64,000 nt of DNA. Origin: a virus. Location of the stretch: positions 1 to 64,000 of the IMG/VR virus record IMGVR_UViG_3300049582_000032. One strand, given 5' to 3'. Made by a program: the position numbers and the translations under genes. The notes below the pieces were generated by a model that saw only the letters and a program-made list of their open reading frames with translations, was not told where the DNA came from and did no database searches. Below, in pieces: positions 31,071-39,923 of this stretch (its first letter is position 1; every line of letters begins with the position of its first letter).

Positions 31071-31247
31071 CTATCTCTCGCCAGCCAGCCTACGCAGGCT
31101 GTAGCCGTTCCCTGGATCATTCGCCAATGCCTTACTCGGGAGTTCCATGATCCAAACCGTTTGCCCTTCCGCCGGGCTGATCGATCCCCAGATGTACCCC
31201 CCGACCAGAGCGCACCAGACGATGCCAAACGCCAACAGTTTTTTCAT
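31071..31247 (-). CDS. Small exported protein (58 aa, not in track)
   Basis: MKKLLAFGIVWCALVGG..., GCTGGAGAA RBS. Confidence 0.6.
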   Translation of the reverse strand: MKKLLAFGIVWCALVGGYIWGSISPAEGQTVWIMELPSKALANDPGNGYSLRRLAGER

Positions 31248-31296
31248 GATTTTCTCCAGCGGTTTGGGCGACCCGGTTCAGAGCCGCCCGTTGTCC

Positions 31297-31527
31297 TTAC
31301 CGATTGCGCGTTCTATCGCAGTAGCGCTTCCGTTCCTTTCGCACGTCAGCCAGAGCCTGTTTTGCTTCAGCTTCCGTCTCAAAGCCTTTGCAGTGTTCCT
31401 TGACTGCCAGGACGTTGAAGTTGACGGTTCCCTTAGCCATTCTGCCGACGACTGCCCACCCGAGATTCGGAATGCTTTCCGCAGTGATTGACGTTACGAA
31501 CGGGATTTGATGACTGTATCTGATCAT
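31297..31527 (-). CDS. Small early protein
   Basis: ACTGGAGA RBS, ATGA overlap. Confidence 0.55.
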   Translation of the reverse strand: MIRYSHQIPFVTSITAESIPNLGWAVVGRMAKGTVNFNVLAVKEHCKGFETEAEAKQALADVRKERKRYCDRTRNR

Positions 31528-31685
31528 TTCACTGTCTCCAGTTTCCTGGCCATGCTTGCGAACGTCGCGGGTCGTTTCCCTGGCATTTCCAGCACTTCGG
31601 CGATGCGTTTTTCTCGTGCTTCCCTTCCGTCTTTCAGCAGAGTTTCCGAGATCGCAAAAATTTCCTTCATTGAAACGTGACTCAT
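31524..31685 (-). CDS. Small early protein (53 aa, not in track)
   Basis: MSHVSMKEIFAISETLL..., GCTGGAGAA RBS, promoter at 31746. Confidence 0.6.
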   Translation of the reverse strand: MSHVSMKEIFAISETLLKDGREAREKRIAEVLEMPGKRPATFASMARKLETVK

Positions 31686-31902
31686 GATTTTCTCCAGCTT
31701 TTGTGTTCCTCTTGTGCTTTCAGCCTACGCCCCTACGCACCCTCTGTCAACTCTTATTCTCTCTAACCCCCAAAAAAGCCCACCATCGCTCCGATCACGG
31801 CCAGCCCGGTCGCTAACACTCTGTAACTCCACGATTTTTTCCGAACCCTAGGAAAATGCATTCCCAAGTTGTATTCATGCGCAACCATTGGTATGTCCTT
31901 CA

Positions 31903-32178
31903 TCACCCGTAGCAATGCCTGAACACAACGCTTCCATCGCCGTCTCCTGTCAGGTATCCGCGAACACGGCATCCCTTGATTGAGCATACCGCCCCAATGC
32001 TGAAGAACGTGTCCGGTTCCGCGGATGTGACATAGACATTTGCCCGCATATCACCTGCCAAGCTTTCAAGTCTACAGTTCCTCACTTCTGACAGGGAAGG
32101 CCCGCCCATCCAGTCCGTGTAGCCCACGCGTGCTCCGTCCAACTGATCCTCAAAGAAGTCTGTACGGAATTTCTTCAT
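31903..32178 (-). CDS. Small early protein
   Basis: MKKFRTDF..., GCTGGAGG RBS. Confidence 0.65.
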   Translation of the reverse strand: MKKFRTDFFEDQLDGARVGYTDWMGGPSLSEVRNCRLESLAGDMRANVYVTSAEPDTFFSIGAVCSIKGCRVRGYLTGDGDGSVVFRHCYG

Positions 32179-32236
32179 GGCGACACCTCCAGCCAGTCGT
32201 TGGACATCTGCCGCTGTGGCGTTGGCTCGTACATCT

Positions 32237-32464
32237 TCAATCCTCCAGCTTATTCCCAAGGCCGCGCGCTTCCGCAAACTCCTCGATGGATTGCTCCTCA
32301 AGGATTTGCTCAAGCTCATGCGTGCCGTTCATGTCATCTTCGCGTTCTATTGCATACAGAGCCTGAAGAATATCAAACCACAACTCCGCTGCATCTTCCT
32401 TGTTGCTCGTTATAGAAAGCGCGAAATCCGATGCCTCCCGTAATGCGGCAGTAAGGTCAATCAT
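32237..32464 (-). CDS. Small acidic early protein
   Basis: Overlap-coupled; GAGGAG RBS. Confidence 0.55.
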   Translation of the reverse strand: MIDLTAALREASDFALSITSNKEDAAELWFDILQALYAIEREDDMNGTHELEQILEEQSIEEFAEARGLGNKLED

Positions 32465-32706
32465 CGGGTGCGCTCCTCGTGATCAAGCATTAAGGACTCG
32501 TCCCATCCCTGATCACTCTCGCGCTCCTGCTTTCCGTTCAGGCAACGCCCCGACCATTCGCAGAACTGTAACTTTGCATCAGGAAGAGGGTGGACGTTCT
32601 CAACACCCTTCAGGTTTTCCAGCTTAAGAAGGTTGAAATAGGTTTCCACAAAGCGAAACCCTATTCCGTTTTTATCGCCACCCGCTACCTTCAGAACCTT
32701 TGTCAT
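32461..32706 (-). CDS. Small early protein
   Basis: GCTGGAGG RBS; promoter at 32769. Confidence 0.6.
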   Translation of the reverse strand: MTKVLKVAGGDKNGIGFRFVETYFNLLKLENLKGVENVHPLPDAKLQFCEWSGRCLNGKQERESDQGWDESLMLDHEERTR

Positions 32707-32787
32707 TTCCTGCCTCCAGCAACAAGAAATTATTAACTGTGTAGAGTGTACGCCCCCAGCTATGAGAAGTCAACTCTTTTATGCTGG

Positions 32788-33417
32788 TTACGCTCTTTCT
32801 CCGTTCTCGTGGAATGTGTATTCGTTCGCAATGATACCCTCGTCTACTACCTCATTCGACATATGGTATTCGTATTCATCCCGCAAACTACGTTCTAGCC
32901 AATGGGCGAAATCGTACAGGCACTCTTGGAGGGCTTCTTCCGCGCCTTCGGATAAATCCTGATAGGCGGGGCTATCGCGCTCGACACTGAAAAGCATATT
33001 GTTCCAATTATTCAGTTCGATTCTAGCGGTTAGCTGGTAGAAGTTCTTACGCTGGATAGCTTGAAGCTTACTGGCGATATCGTGCAACTCTTCGTCTTGG
33101 GGTGCATACTCCTTGACTGCCTTGACGGAGTTTTTTGCATACGCATAATCACCTTCAAAGCCTGTCGAGTACCTGCCGTTCAATCCATCCCAATAGACGG
33201 ACGGCTCTTTCCTTGTGCCACCACCCATAAGGCGGACTGTCTTTTGCTTGATATCAAGGCCAAGCTTCTCGCAGATCGTAGCGAAGCCCTCGACAACCGA
33301 CTCCGACCAGTACCAATCATCGAAATTCCATGAGCGATACCAGTCGCGGGCGCGTTCCTTGGCCGACTCATCAAGCTCGTCGAACGTGTAGACGGTTACT
33401 TCCCTGACTTGCGGCAT
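32788..33417 (-). CDS. Acidic/aromatic mobile-element protein (family often annotated as antitoxin of a TA stability system)
   Basis: TVYTFDELD..AKERARDWY...EYEY..S.E.VDE.I.ANEYTF..NG. Confidence 0.7.
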   Translation of the reverse strand: MPQVREVTVYTFDELDESAKERARDWYRSWNFDDWYWSESVVEGFATICEKLGLDIKQKTVRLMGGGTRKEPSVYWDGLNGRYSTGFEGDYAYAKNSVKAVKEYAPQDEELHDIASKLQAIQRKNFYQLTARIELNNWNNMLFSVERDSPAYQDLSEGAEEALQECLYDFAHWLERSLRDEYEYHMSNEVVDEGIIANEYTFHENGERA

Positions 33418-33553
33418 GTCTTGGTTTCCTCTTGTCTTGTGTTCTGTATCCATGATGATAAGAGCGGGTTCCGGTGCCGTCAACACTTTTTTATGCTTGA
33501 ACTGAGAAAAGTTCCATGGCATACTTCAGGAAGATTGAACGAGAGGAGACGAG

Positions 33554-33811
33554 ATGGACTACCCCACCAAATACCCCTACAAGGTCGAAAAGCCCGATAC
33601 AAGGAGGGCCGGAAAACTGGCTGGCAAGAAGCTTCTCTTCGGAGAGTATAGCAGGTTCGCGGTTGCCCCGGTTCATTCCAGGTTTGAGGGTTCTACACCA
33701 TGGTTTGTGTGGGATGCGGCTCTGATCGACGAGCAAGGGCTGGCTGAAACCATCGTCATCAAGGACTCCTTCGAGGAGGCGATGAACACGCTGAAGAGGC
33801 TGGCTCTGTAG
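33554..33811 (+). CDS. Hypothetical protein
   Basis: GAGGAG RBS. Confidence 0.6.
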   Translation: MDYPTKYPYKVEKPDTRRAGKLAGKKLLFGEYSRFAVAPVHSRFEGSTPWFVWDAALIDEQGLAETIVIKDSFEEAMNTLKRLAL

Positions 33812-33847
33812 GGAGACAAGGGGCCAGCAGCGCCCCCACCCCCCCCT

Positions 33848-33889
33848 GCCGTAATTGGATCAACTTGGGGCCGTAATTGGATCAACTTG
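33848..33889. repeat. Tandem 20-bp direct repeat GCCGTAATTGGATCAACTTG x2
   Basis: 33848-33867 and 33870-33889; 14-bp core recurs at 36700-36713. Confidence 0.9.
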
Positions 33890-34772
33890 CGCTGTAAAAA
33901 GCAAAATCCTCCAGTTCCAGGATATCCTCGATTTCCTCACGCTCCCTCTTCGGAAGGTCGCCCAACATCCGCATACCTTCATCCCTGCCTGAGCCACCGG
34001 AACAGATCTTCTTCAAGACTCTCATTGCGGATTTGGAGAACGTCACAGACTCCTTTACGTGCTCTACCCACGCCCCGTAAACCAATGGCACCCACCCCCT
34101 CACCATGTCCTCAATGACACAGGCATAGGCCCGGATCTCGGACTGAGCGTGGGGGTCAGTGCGCAGCTTCAGGAAATGCAGCAAGTTATGAAGGTCGATC
34201 TTCCATCGGAACTCCGTGTACGTGGATAGCGGCAAATGCTCCCTGGCTTGCTCCGGGGCTATACCCTCATCAAGCATGGCGTTGTAGAGAAGGAAGGCAC
34301 GCTCATTATCCTCACGGACTTTTCTTATGAAATCGCCGCTGCCATCAGCAATACCACCACCCCTCCCCTGCTTGTTGTTCTCGGCCTTGACGTAAAAGGA
34401 GTCTGGAAGGTGAAATTCATTGCCAAGCTCCACATACCGCCCGCTCTGTTCGCTCGCCGTGGCCGTGCGATGGCGCAACCACTGCCTGAGAACAAATATC
34501 GGGGCTTTCACATGGAAGGCGATCTCTCCGTATTCTATCGGGCTAGAATGGCGGTGCTTCACAAGATAGTTGATCAATCCGCCAGGATTTGCGGAAGTCT
34601 CCTTGCCATAGCTCACACGCGCAGCCGCAACGATGTCGCTGTCACTCCCCATGTAATCAACACATCTGATCCACCCCTTATCAAGAACAGGGAACTTCCA
34701 TCCAAGTATCTCATCAAGGTATGGTGAACTCTCGCGGGCGGTCGCTGTTGACTTGTCTATCTGTCTCATCAA
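33882..34772 (-). CDS. thyX: Flavin-dependent thymidylate synthase
   Basis: AARVSY, RHSSP.E, RQWLRHRTA..SEQSGRY, LR.DPHAQ.EIR. Confidence 0.95.
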   Translation of the reverse strand: MMRQIDKSTATARESSPYLDEILGWKFPVLDKGWIRCVDYMGSDSDIVAAARVSYGKETSANPGGLINYLVKHRHSSPIEYGEIAFHVKAPIFVLRQWLRHRTATASEQSGRYVELGNEFHLPDSFYVKAENNKQGRGGGIADGSGDFIRKVREDNERAFLLYNAMLDEGIAPEQAREHLPLSTYTEFRWKIDLHNLLHFLKLRTDPHAQSEIRAYACVIEDMVRGWVPLVYGAWVEHVKESVTFSKSAMRVLKKICSGGSGRDEGMRMLGDLPKREREEIEDILELEDFAFYSAS

Positions 34773-35536
34773 TCATTTCCTCCGGGAATAAACAGTCTTG
34801 ATATCTCCGATAACCCCTTGAGCGGTGTGAATGTCGTAAGAACAACAGCCTTGGGTTTTGTCATTGTCCTGATCAGGCATTCGTTGTATATCTCTACATC
34901 CCCCTCTTCATCCAGCAAAACAAAATCGCGCTCAGTCCCTTCAAACGACAACCTCCCCTGCTGGTAACTTTTGACACCTATCCTGCTGTAATGTCCCGAT
35001 ACATGACGGATACGAACGGTATCAACAAGTTCTGTAACTCCCGCTTTCCATGACGGCGGATTATGAATGAGCTTGGCAGGGATGATCCCGTTCCCTAGCA
35101 AGCCCTTCTTTCCATCAATGATGGCGATATCACCAAACAGCTTCCTTTGCAGAATGTCCCGCGTGGTTTCGTTCGTCTGGCCAACCACCCACCCATCGAC
35201 AGGTCCAGGAAAGCGAAGCCCAGGCCACCAGTCCGGATAGATTCCGGTAGTGAAACACGCCACGGCAAACCCACCGGCCAACGTCTTCCCAACACGGTTT
35301 GCAGCCATGATGTTGCTTTCCCGCATGAAGGAAGTCATGTAGAAGGCGGCTAAAGCCTTGCGGTAATTCCTCCTCGCATAGATCTTCTCTCCGCGCTTGA
35401 AAACAACGGTGTCAGGTCCCCTCCATACCGTATCCTCGTCCGGGAACATGGAGTAGAAGGAGCGACCCGCCATGCGCCGGTCAAGCTCCCCCATAACCTC
35501 AAGGAGTTCTCGTCCTGTTTCAGGATCTATCTGCAA
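34769..35536 (-). CDS. Terminase large subunit, N-terminal ATPase half, P22 gp2-like
   Basis: Walker A MAANRVGKT, YPDWWPG.RF, TTRDILQ.KL, KSYQQGR, Walker B FVLLDEE, coupling motif TFTP; stops 14 codons later. Confidence 0.92.
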   Translation of the reverse strand: MQIDPETGRELLEVMGELDRRMAGRSFYSMFPDEDTVWRGPDTVVFKRGEKIYARRNYRKALAAFYMTSFMRESNIMAANRVGKTLAGGFAVACFTTGIYPDWWPGLRFPGPVDGWVVGQTNETTRDILQRKLFGDIAIIDGKKGLLGNGIIPAKLIHNPPSWKAGVTELVDTVRIRHVSGHYSRIGVKSYQQGRLSFEGTERDFVLLDEEGDVEIYNECLIRTMTKPKAVVLTTFTPLKGLSEISRLFIPGGND

Positions 35537-35542
35537 TTCTTC

Positions 35543-36667
35543 CTACTCGACAAATGAAACGCGCATCGGCGCAATCGACGCATGGAACTCACGATCCAAC
35601 TGGCCACGAATACGAATTGGCTTCACTCCATCCCCGAAATCAATCATGACCTCCCTTGTCAATGCGGGCAGCATATACTTCGGATTGAACGCAAGCGGAC
35701 CAACCGTACCTCCACCCGTATCGGCATCGAAGAACGAACTTGCGGAGCCTTTATCAACGCTCTGCGAGAACGCCTCCAAGCCATCCTCGCCGGCAACGGA
35801 ACACACCCCGACATATCCGCTCGACTGCGGAAGACAAAGCTCGATTGCGTAAGCAAACTGCTGATAGTCTACACTGATGCCGGAATCTCCATCACCAAGC
35901 ACCTCCTCATAATTAACATACCCAGCTTCCACCAACGCAGTGACAAAGCACCCGTCTGGAGAAACAAGTATGAACTTTGTTTCGTCGATATAAATGCTCA
36001 CCGGGAACATTGAGCCTACCGTTTCCAGGAACGCAAGCATGTGGTTGATCGAACTTGCGGGAATCGTAAGGCCATGTGGAATGTCCAGGAAGTCAGGCCG
36101 AGAAACGGCATACCGGCCAAGTGCGCTTCCATTGGTCGCAACGGAGATCAGCTTATCGCCATTCGTATGCAGATAGACGCCCTTGATGTGAAACCTCGGG
36201 TCATCCGTCTTCGTCAGCATGAAATCCTTGACGTTCACGATCAGGGACTGCAAGTCACCAGCCTTCATCTGTGGCAGAGAACCATGCACTTCCGGGAATG
36301 GCATGTGCCCGGCTGTATTCTCGTCCATCGACTTCAAGACGAACCTTGACGCGCCCTCCACGGCCAAGCCTGTTGCAGTCAGCTTGAACGACAGTTTCTC
36401 TCCAAGCGACTTGTTCTTGACAATCCCGACTAGCTGTTTTGCATCCAGATAAACAGGCCCTCCATCCTCCGGTTCATCCGCATAAACGCTATGGCGAACC
36501 GCGCAGCCGTTGCCAGGAACAGACATATGGAGTCTGCCCTCGGAAACACTCAAGGAAAGCACCGATTTTACAACATGGCCATTGTCCATTACCCATGCAT
36601 TTCGCTCAATCTTACTTAAATCCTTGAGCAGGGCGTGGAAATTTGCCCTCGCAACCTTGAATTTCAT
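35543..36667 (-). CDS. dnaN: DNA polymerase III beta clamp-like protein
   Basis: 374 aa; MKFKV.R..F..LL, RFHIKGVYL, VATNG..L, YVNYE.V, AFNPKY, IAPMR. Confidence 0.8.
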   Translation of the reverse strand: MKFKVARANFHALLKDLSKIERNAWVMDNGHVVKSVLSLSVSEGRLHMSVPGNGCAVRHSVYADEPEDGGPVYLDAKQLVGIVKNKSLGEKLSFKLTATGLAVEGASRFVLKSMDENTAGHMPFPEVHGSLPQMKAGDLQSLIVNVKDFMLTKTDDPRFHIKGVYLHTNGDKLISVATNGSALGRYAVSRPDFLDIPHGLTIPASSINHMLAFLETVGSMFPVSIYIDETKFILVSPDGCFVTALVEAGYVNYEEVLGDGDSGISVDYQQFAYAIELCLPQSSGYVGVCSVAGEDGLEAFSQSVDKGSASSFFDADTGGGTVGPLAFNPKYMLPALTREVMIDFGDGVKPIRIRGQLDREFHASIAPMRVSFVE

Positions 36668-36724
36668 AGAAGTTCTCCAGCAGTTGAAGACCCATCCTAC
36701 CGTAATTGGATCAGCCTTGTCAAG

Positions 36725-37300
36725 TCATTCTTCATACTCGATAACATTATCCCCACTCTCTATGATTGGCATATCAGAAACCTTCAAGCCCAGGTTGTCC
36801 TCCAGGATGTTACGGAGCTTGCGGTTCAACTCCTCATCCGACATCGTGTTGATGTTCATCGTGCGGTTATCAACGTTAACCGTCTTGCTTGGTGAAAATC
36901 CGCCAGCAGCGTCCTTTGCAGCAATGGTCAAAAGATCAAGGCTACGGCCCACCTTCCCTGTCGCCAGAGCCTCCGGATAGATGCGGTTGAAAAGCTCCTG
37001 ATATTTCTCCATCCTGTATGCAAGAGAGTGTATTGGAATGTTGTTGACACCCTGCTCATAGAGCATTCTTTCTTTCATGAACAACCGGATACGCGCGCTT
37101 GCTTCGCTCCTGCCGTTTTTGTCGAATATAGCCCGGCGGTCGTTCAGAAATTCTCCTAAGTTGCAACGCGCAAACTCATCTGGTGTCGGATCTCTCCCAA
37201 ACATCTCTCTAAAGTGATAGATGATCGTAGGATGATCGACATGACGGGCGAACGCCTTTATCAGATACTTGTCAACCCTGTGTTGTTCCGATGTCGCCAT
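36725..37300 (-). CDS. Putative terminase small subunit (DUF2280-like)
   Basis: IPI.SLAYR...YQ, LL..AAKD..GGF, C-terminal MSDEELN. Confidence 0.75.
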   Translation of the reverse strand: MATSEQHRVDKYLIKAFARHVDHPTIIYHFREMFGRDPTPDEFARCNLGEFLNDRRAIFDKNGRSEASARIRLFMKERMLYEQGVNNIPIHSLAYRMEKYQELFNRIYPEALATGKVGRSLDLLTIAAKDAAGGFSPSKTVNVDNRTMNINTMSDEELNRKLRNILEDNLGLKVSDMPIIESGDNVIEYEE

Positions 37301-37315
37301 CTCAATTCCACTTCA

Positions 37316-38482
37316 TCATGACATTCTGAAACTCTCGGCTCGTTTCAACCAACCATTGATCCACTTCTTGTTCTTCGGTTTCGATGCAACCAAGGAATGA
37401 TAATACGCCTTCCGCCTGTCCACCAAGGAATTGTTCACTTCCTTCAAGTCGTACTTTTCAATAGCAGCCCTTGTTGCCTGCCCAACAATACCATCAACGC
37501 GAATGCCAGCACCAAACGTATTCAATGTTTCCTGAAGCAGCATAATTGCCGTTTGCGGCCCGCTGTTACAGGAAATGTCAAGACAATGGGACTGGATTGC
37601 TTCCGGCAACGTGTCTATGCTAGGTCCAAAGTAATACTCTTTTCTATAAATCTCTTCTGCCTCTGTTCTTGTCAATGCTTTCACCTCTTCTTCCCAGCAC
37701 GGCGTTCCCCTCCACGCGCTCAGCGTCCGCCAAGTGATTCCGTACTTCGTCGGCCCGCCGCTGTCCGCTGGATCATTAACGTACTTGGTCCCCTCCTTCT
37801 TTATCAAGGCGGAGATCATTGCGTCTATCGCTTCCGGCCTTTTACCTGGAGGCGGCGGCAAGGCAGGCTCTACGACAACATCAGGAAGCTTTGGAGCAGG
37901 CTTCTCAAGCGCCTTTTCCTTAACATCCAATGCCCAGGCAGGGGCTGGCGGCTTACGGGTCGGTGGGGTGGTGACGACCAGGGGGGTTCTGGCTTCAATG
38001 ATCGCTTTCTCTCTCTCCCTGATGATCTCAAGCGCCTTCTCTCTTTGCTCAGGAGTCAGTCTTGGCTTGCGTATGTCCTCACTGACGATTCGGGAGCCGA
38101 ACCAGAATGCTATGACGGCCAGGAACAGAGTCCATATCTCTTCCGGAACAAAGTCCATCGAAACCATGTAGCCGATGAAACTGTCCAGATCGAAGAATGG
38201 CCAAAAGAACATCCCCACAATCCATAGCGTGATCAATGGACGTGGAAGACGGCTCAACCCATCGACAAAGCTGTCCCATTTGGTCTTTGGTGGCCTGCCC
38301 GCGAACTCTGCTGCATGACTGGCCAGCACCGCCATCTGTTCATCATGAACGTTTGACTCTATAGCCTGCCGACCTTCCTCCCTTTGTGTCTCGTCTCCTT
38401 TCGTAACGCGGATGATCTTGGTCGCAGTATCCCCAACGCCCGTTATCGTCCTTCCAAGGCCGTTGAGAATCCATCCAAGCAA
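37316..38482 (-). CDS. Fusion of GTA-type holin domain with GH108 N-acetylmuramidase and peptidoglycan-binding domain
   Basis: FVDGLSRLPRP...VPEEIW.L....AFWFGSR; Pro-rich linker; EG.KYVNDPADSGG.TKYGIT; VDGIVG..T; GWLKR. Confidence 0.85.
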   Translation of the reverse strand: MLGWILNGLGRTITGVGDTATKIIRVTKGDETQREEGRQAIESNVHDEQMAVLASHAAEFAGRPPKTKWDSFVDGLSRLPRPLITLWIVGMFFWPFFDLDSFIGYMVSMDFVPEEIWTLFLAVIAFWFGSRIVSEDIRKPRLTPEQREKALEIIREREKAIIEARTPLVVTTPPTRKPPAPAWALDVKEKALEKPAPKLPDVVVEPALPPPPGKRPEAIDAMISALIKKEGTKYVNDPADSGGPTKYGITWRTLSAWRGTPCWEEEVKALTRTEAEEIYRKEYYFGPSIDTLPEAIQSHCLDISCNSGPQTAIMLLQETLNTFGAGIRVDGIVGQATRAAIEKYDLKEVNNSLVDRRKAYYHSLVASKPKNKKWINGWLKRAESFRMS

Positions 38483-38590
38483 AATACACCTATGGTTTCG
38501 ATGGCATATGCCGTAATTTTACCCTTTATCGTTGTGCTATGTCCATGCTAGAGTTAAGAGAGGTTCTTATGAGCCCCGAAAAGGAAGGCT

Positions 38591-38968
38591 ATGATCTCGT
38601 CGGAAGTCGTTCTGACCATAAACGCAGCGCTGGTTGTGATCATCCCGGCAGCCGCATATTTCGTGGTGTCATGGTTGCGGGCCAAGGCGGATGACTTGAA
38701 GCGCAGGCAGGACGAGACATACGAAATCGCCGCCAAGAGCCTCAACCAAAGCCGTCAGAACTCCGAAGTGCTCAGTAAGAACACGGCTCTCACGGAGAAG
38801 ATCGCAATCGCAACGAACGGCAATCAGGAGGCGGCGAGAGCCAGCGGATACATAGCCGGGCAGATAGCGGAAAGACTCTCAAAGAAAGCAATAGAGTGCG
38901 ACGAGAGCGAACTCGATGAGCTTGAGAAAGCCTTCAAGATCAACCCAAGGAAAGACGAAGAAAAATGA
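38591..38968 (+). CDS. Single-pass membrane protein next to lysin
   Basis: N-terminal TM helix plus coiled coil. Confidence 0.65.
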   Translation: MISSEVVLTINAALVVIIPAAAYFVVSWLRAKADDLKRRQDETYEIAAKSLNQSRQNSEVLSKNTALTEKIAIATNGNQEAARASGYIAGQIAERLSKKAIECDESELDELEKAFKINPRKDEEK

Positions 38969-39381
38969 TACAACTAGAGGAAGTCATCCATTGGGTTATC
39001 GTTGCTATTGTCACGCTTAACCTTGCATTGCTTTTTCTGATCGCCTTTCTCGCACACACAAGCGTTCAACGGCACGCTAAGAACGCAAATCTACTCAGAG
39101 ACAGCATCTCACGGCTCACCCGGCACGAAGAGGAAGAGGCCGGGAACTGGATGGCCTTCACGTCAGGCATATCCGATACCTTCCAGCAAATCGTCAAATG
39201 GCAGAAAATGACCGCGCGCATGATGTACCGTGACGCTCAGGCCCTCGGCACGCATGATGAGAACGTTGCGGAACTTCTGGTCAAGGCGAACGAGATTTCG
39301 GATCAACTGAAAATCATCGTGGCAAGGAGCCAAGCCATGAAGCCGGAACCCTTGGATGTCAATTACGACTCGTCCGGGTGA
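38965..39381 (+). CDS. Single-pass membrane protein
   Basis: N-terminal TM helix; ATGA overlap. Confidence 0.65.
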   Translation: MIQLEEVIHWVIVAIVTLNLALLFLIAFLAHTSVQRHAKNANLLRDSISRLTRHEEEEAGNWMAFTSGISDTFQQIVKWQKMTARMMYRDAQALGTHDENVAELLVKANEISDQLKIIVARSQAMKPEPLDVNYDSSG

Positions 39382-39923
39382 AACTCGATCCTGACCACCA
39401 TCCTTGCGAAATCCATATGCTTGATGGTTTTCGTCTCGAAGATCAGATCGCCCTCATAGGCATTGCCGCTCAGGCTCGTCACCCTACCCCGTCCCCTACC
39501 GCCATCGTATGATAGAACGTCCACGTCAGCCACACGCACGCAATGCCATGGCCCTGAGTAGATAGGACACCTCAAGACCTTCCTGATCCTGCCATCTGCA
39601 TCCACCTGCATTTGTGATCCTTCTGGAGTTATGGTGATCGAACCACGGCGCAGTACACCCTTGGCAGACGACAAGGCGATAGGCTCAACCGGCCTTGTGA
39701 ACGGAGCGGAATAGCTCTTGCCCTTCGGGCGCTTCGGTAAAGCCCTTAAGCTCTCCTCGAAACTCCTGATCAGATCATCAAGGCTCTTTTCCTTGTACCT
39801 TCCGATCGTTCTCTCGGAAACGCCGAACTCCCTTGCAAGCTCCCTTGGAGACTCGCCCGCGACCGCCCTTTTGTGTATATCGACAGCCTGTGACGGGGAA
39901 ACCTTCTTCGTGTAGTCAGGCAT
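39363..39923 (-). CDS. HTH DNA-binding protein
   Basis: GESPRELAREFGVSERTIGRY. Confidence 0.75.
   Translation of the reverse strand: MPDYTKKVSPSQAVDIHKRAVAGESPRELAREFGVSERTIGRYKEKSLDDLIRSFEESLRALPKRPKGKSYSAPFTRPVEPIALSSAKGVLRRGSITITPEGSQMQVDADGRIRKVLRCPIYSGPWHCVRVADVDVLSYDGGRGRGRVTSLSGNAYEGDLIFETKTIKHMDFARMVVRIEFHPDES

Noticed and set aside
11251-35536. Split intein or intron joining the terminase halves
   Set aside because: No intein terminal residues or intron-like non-coding sequence; both junctions abut ordinary genes. The F-I-P / F-M-P echo at the two ends is too short to count.
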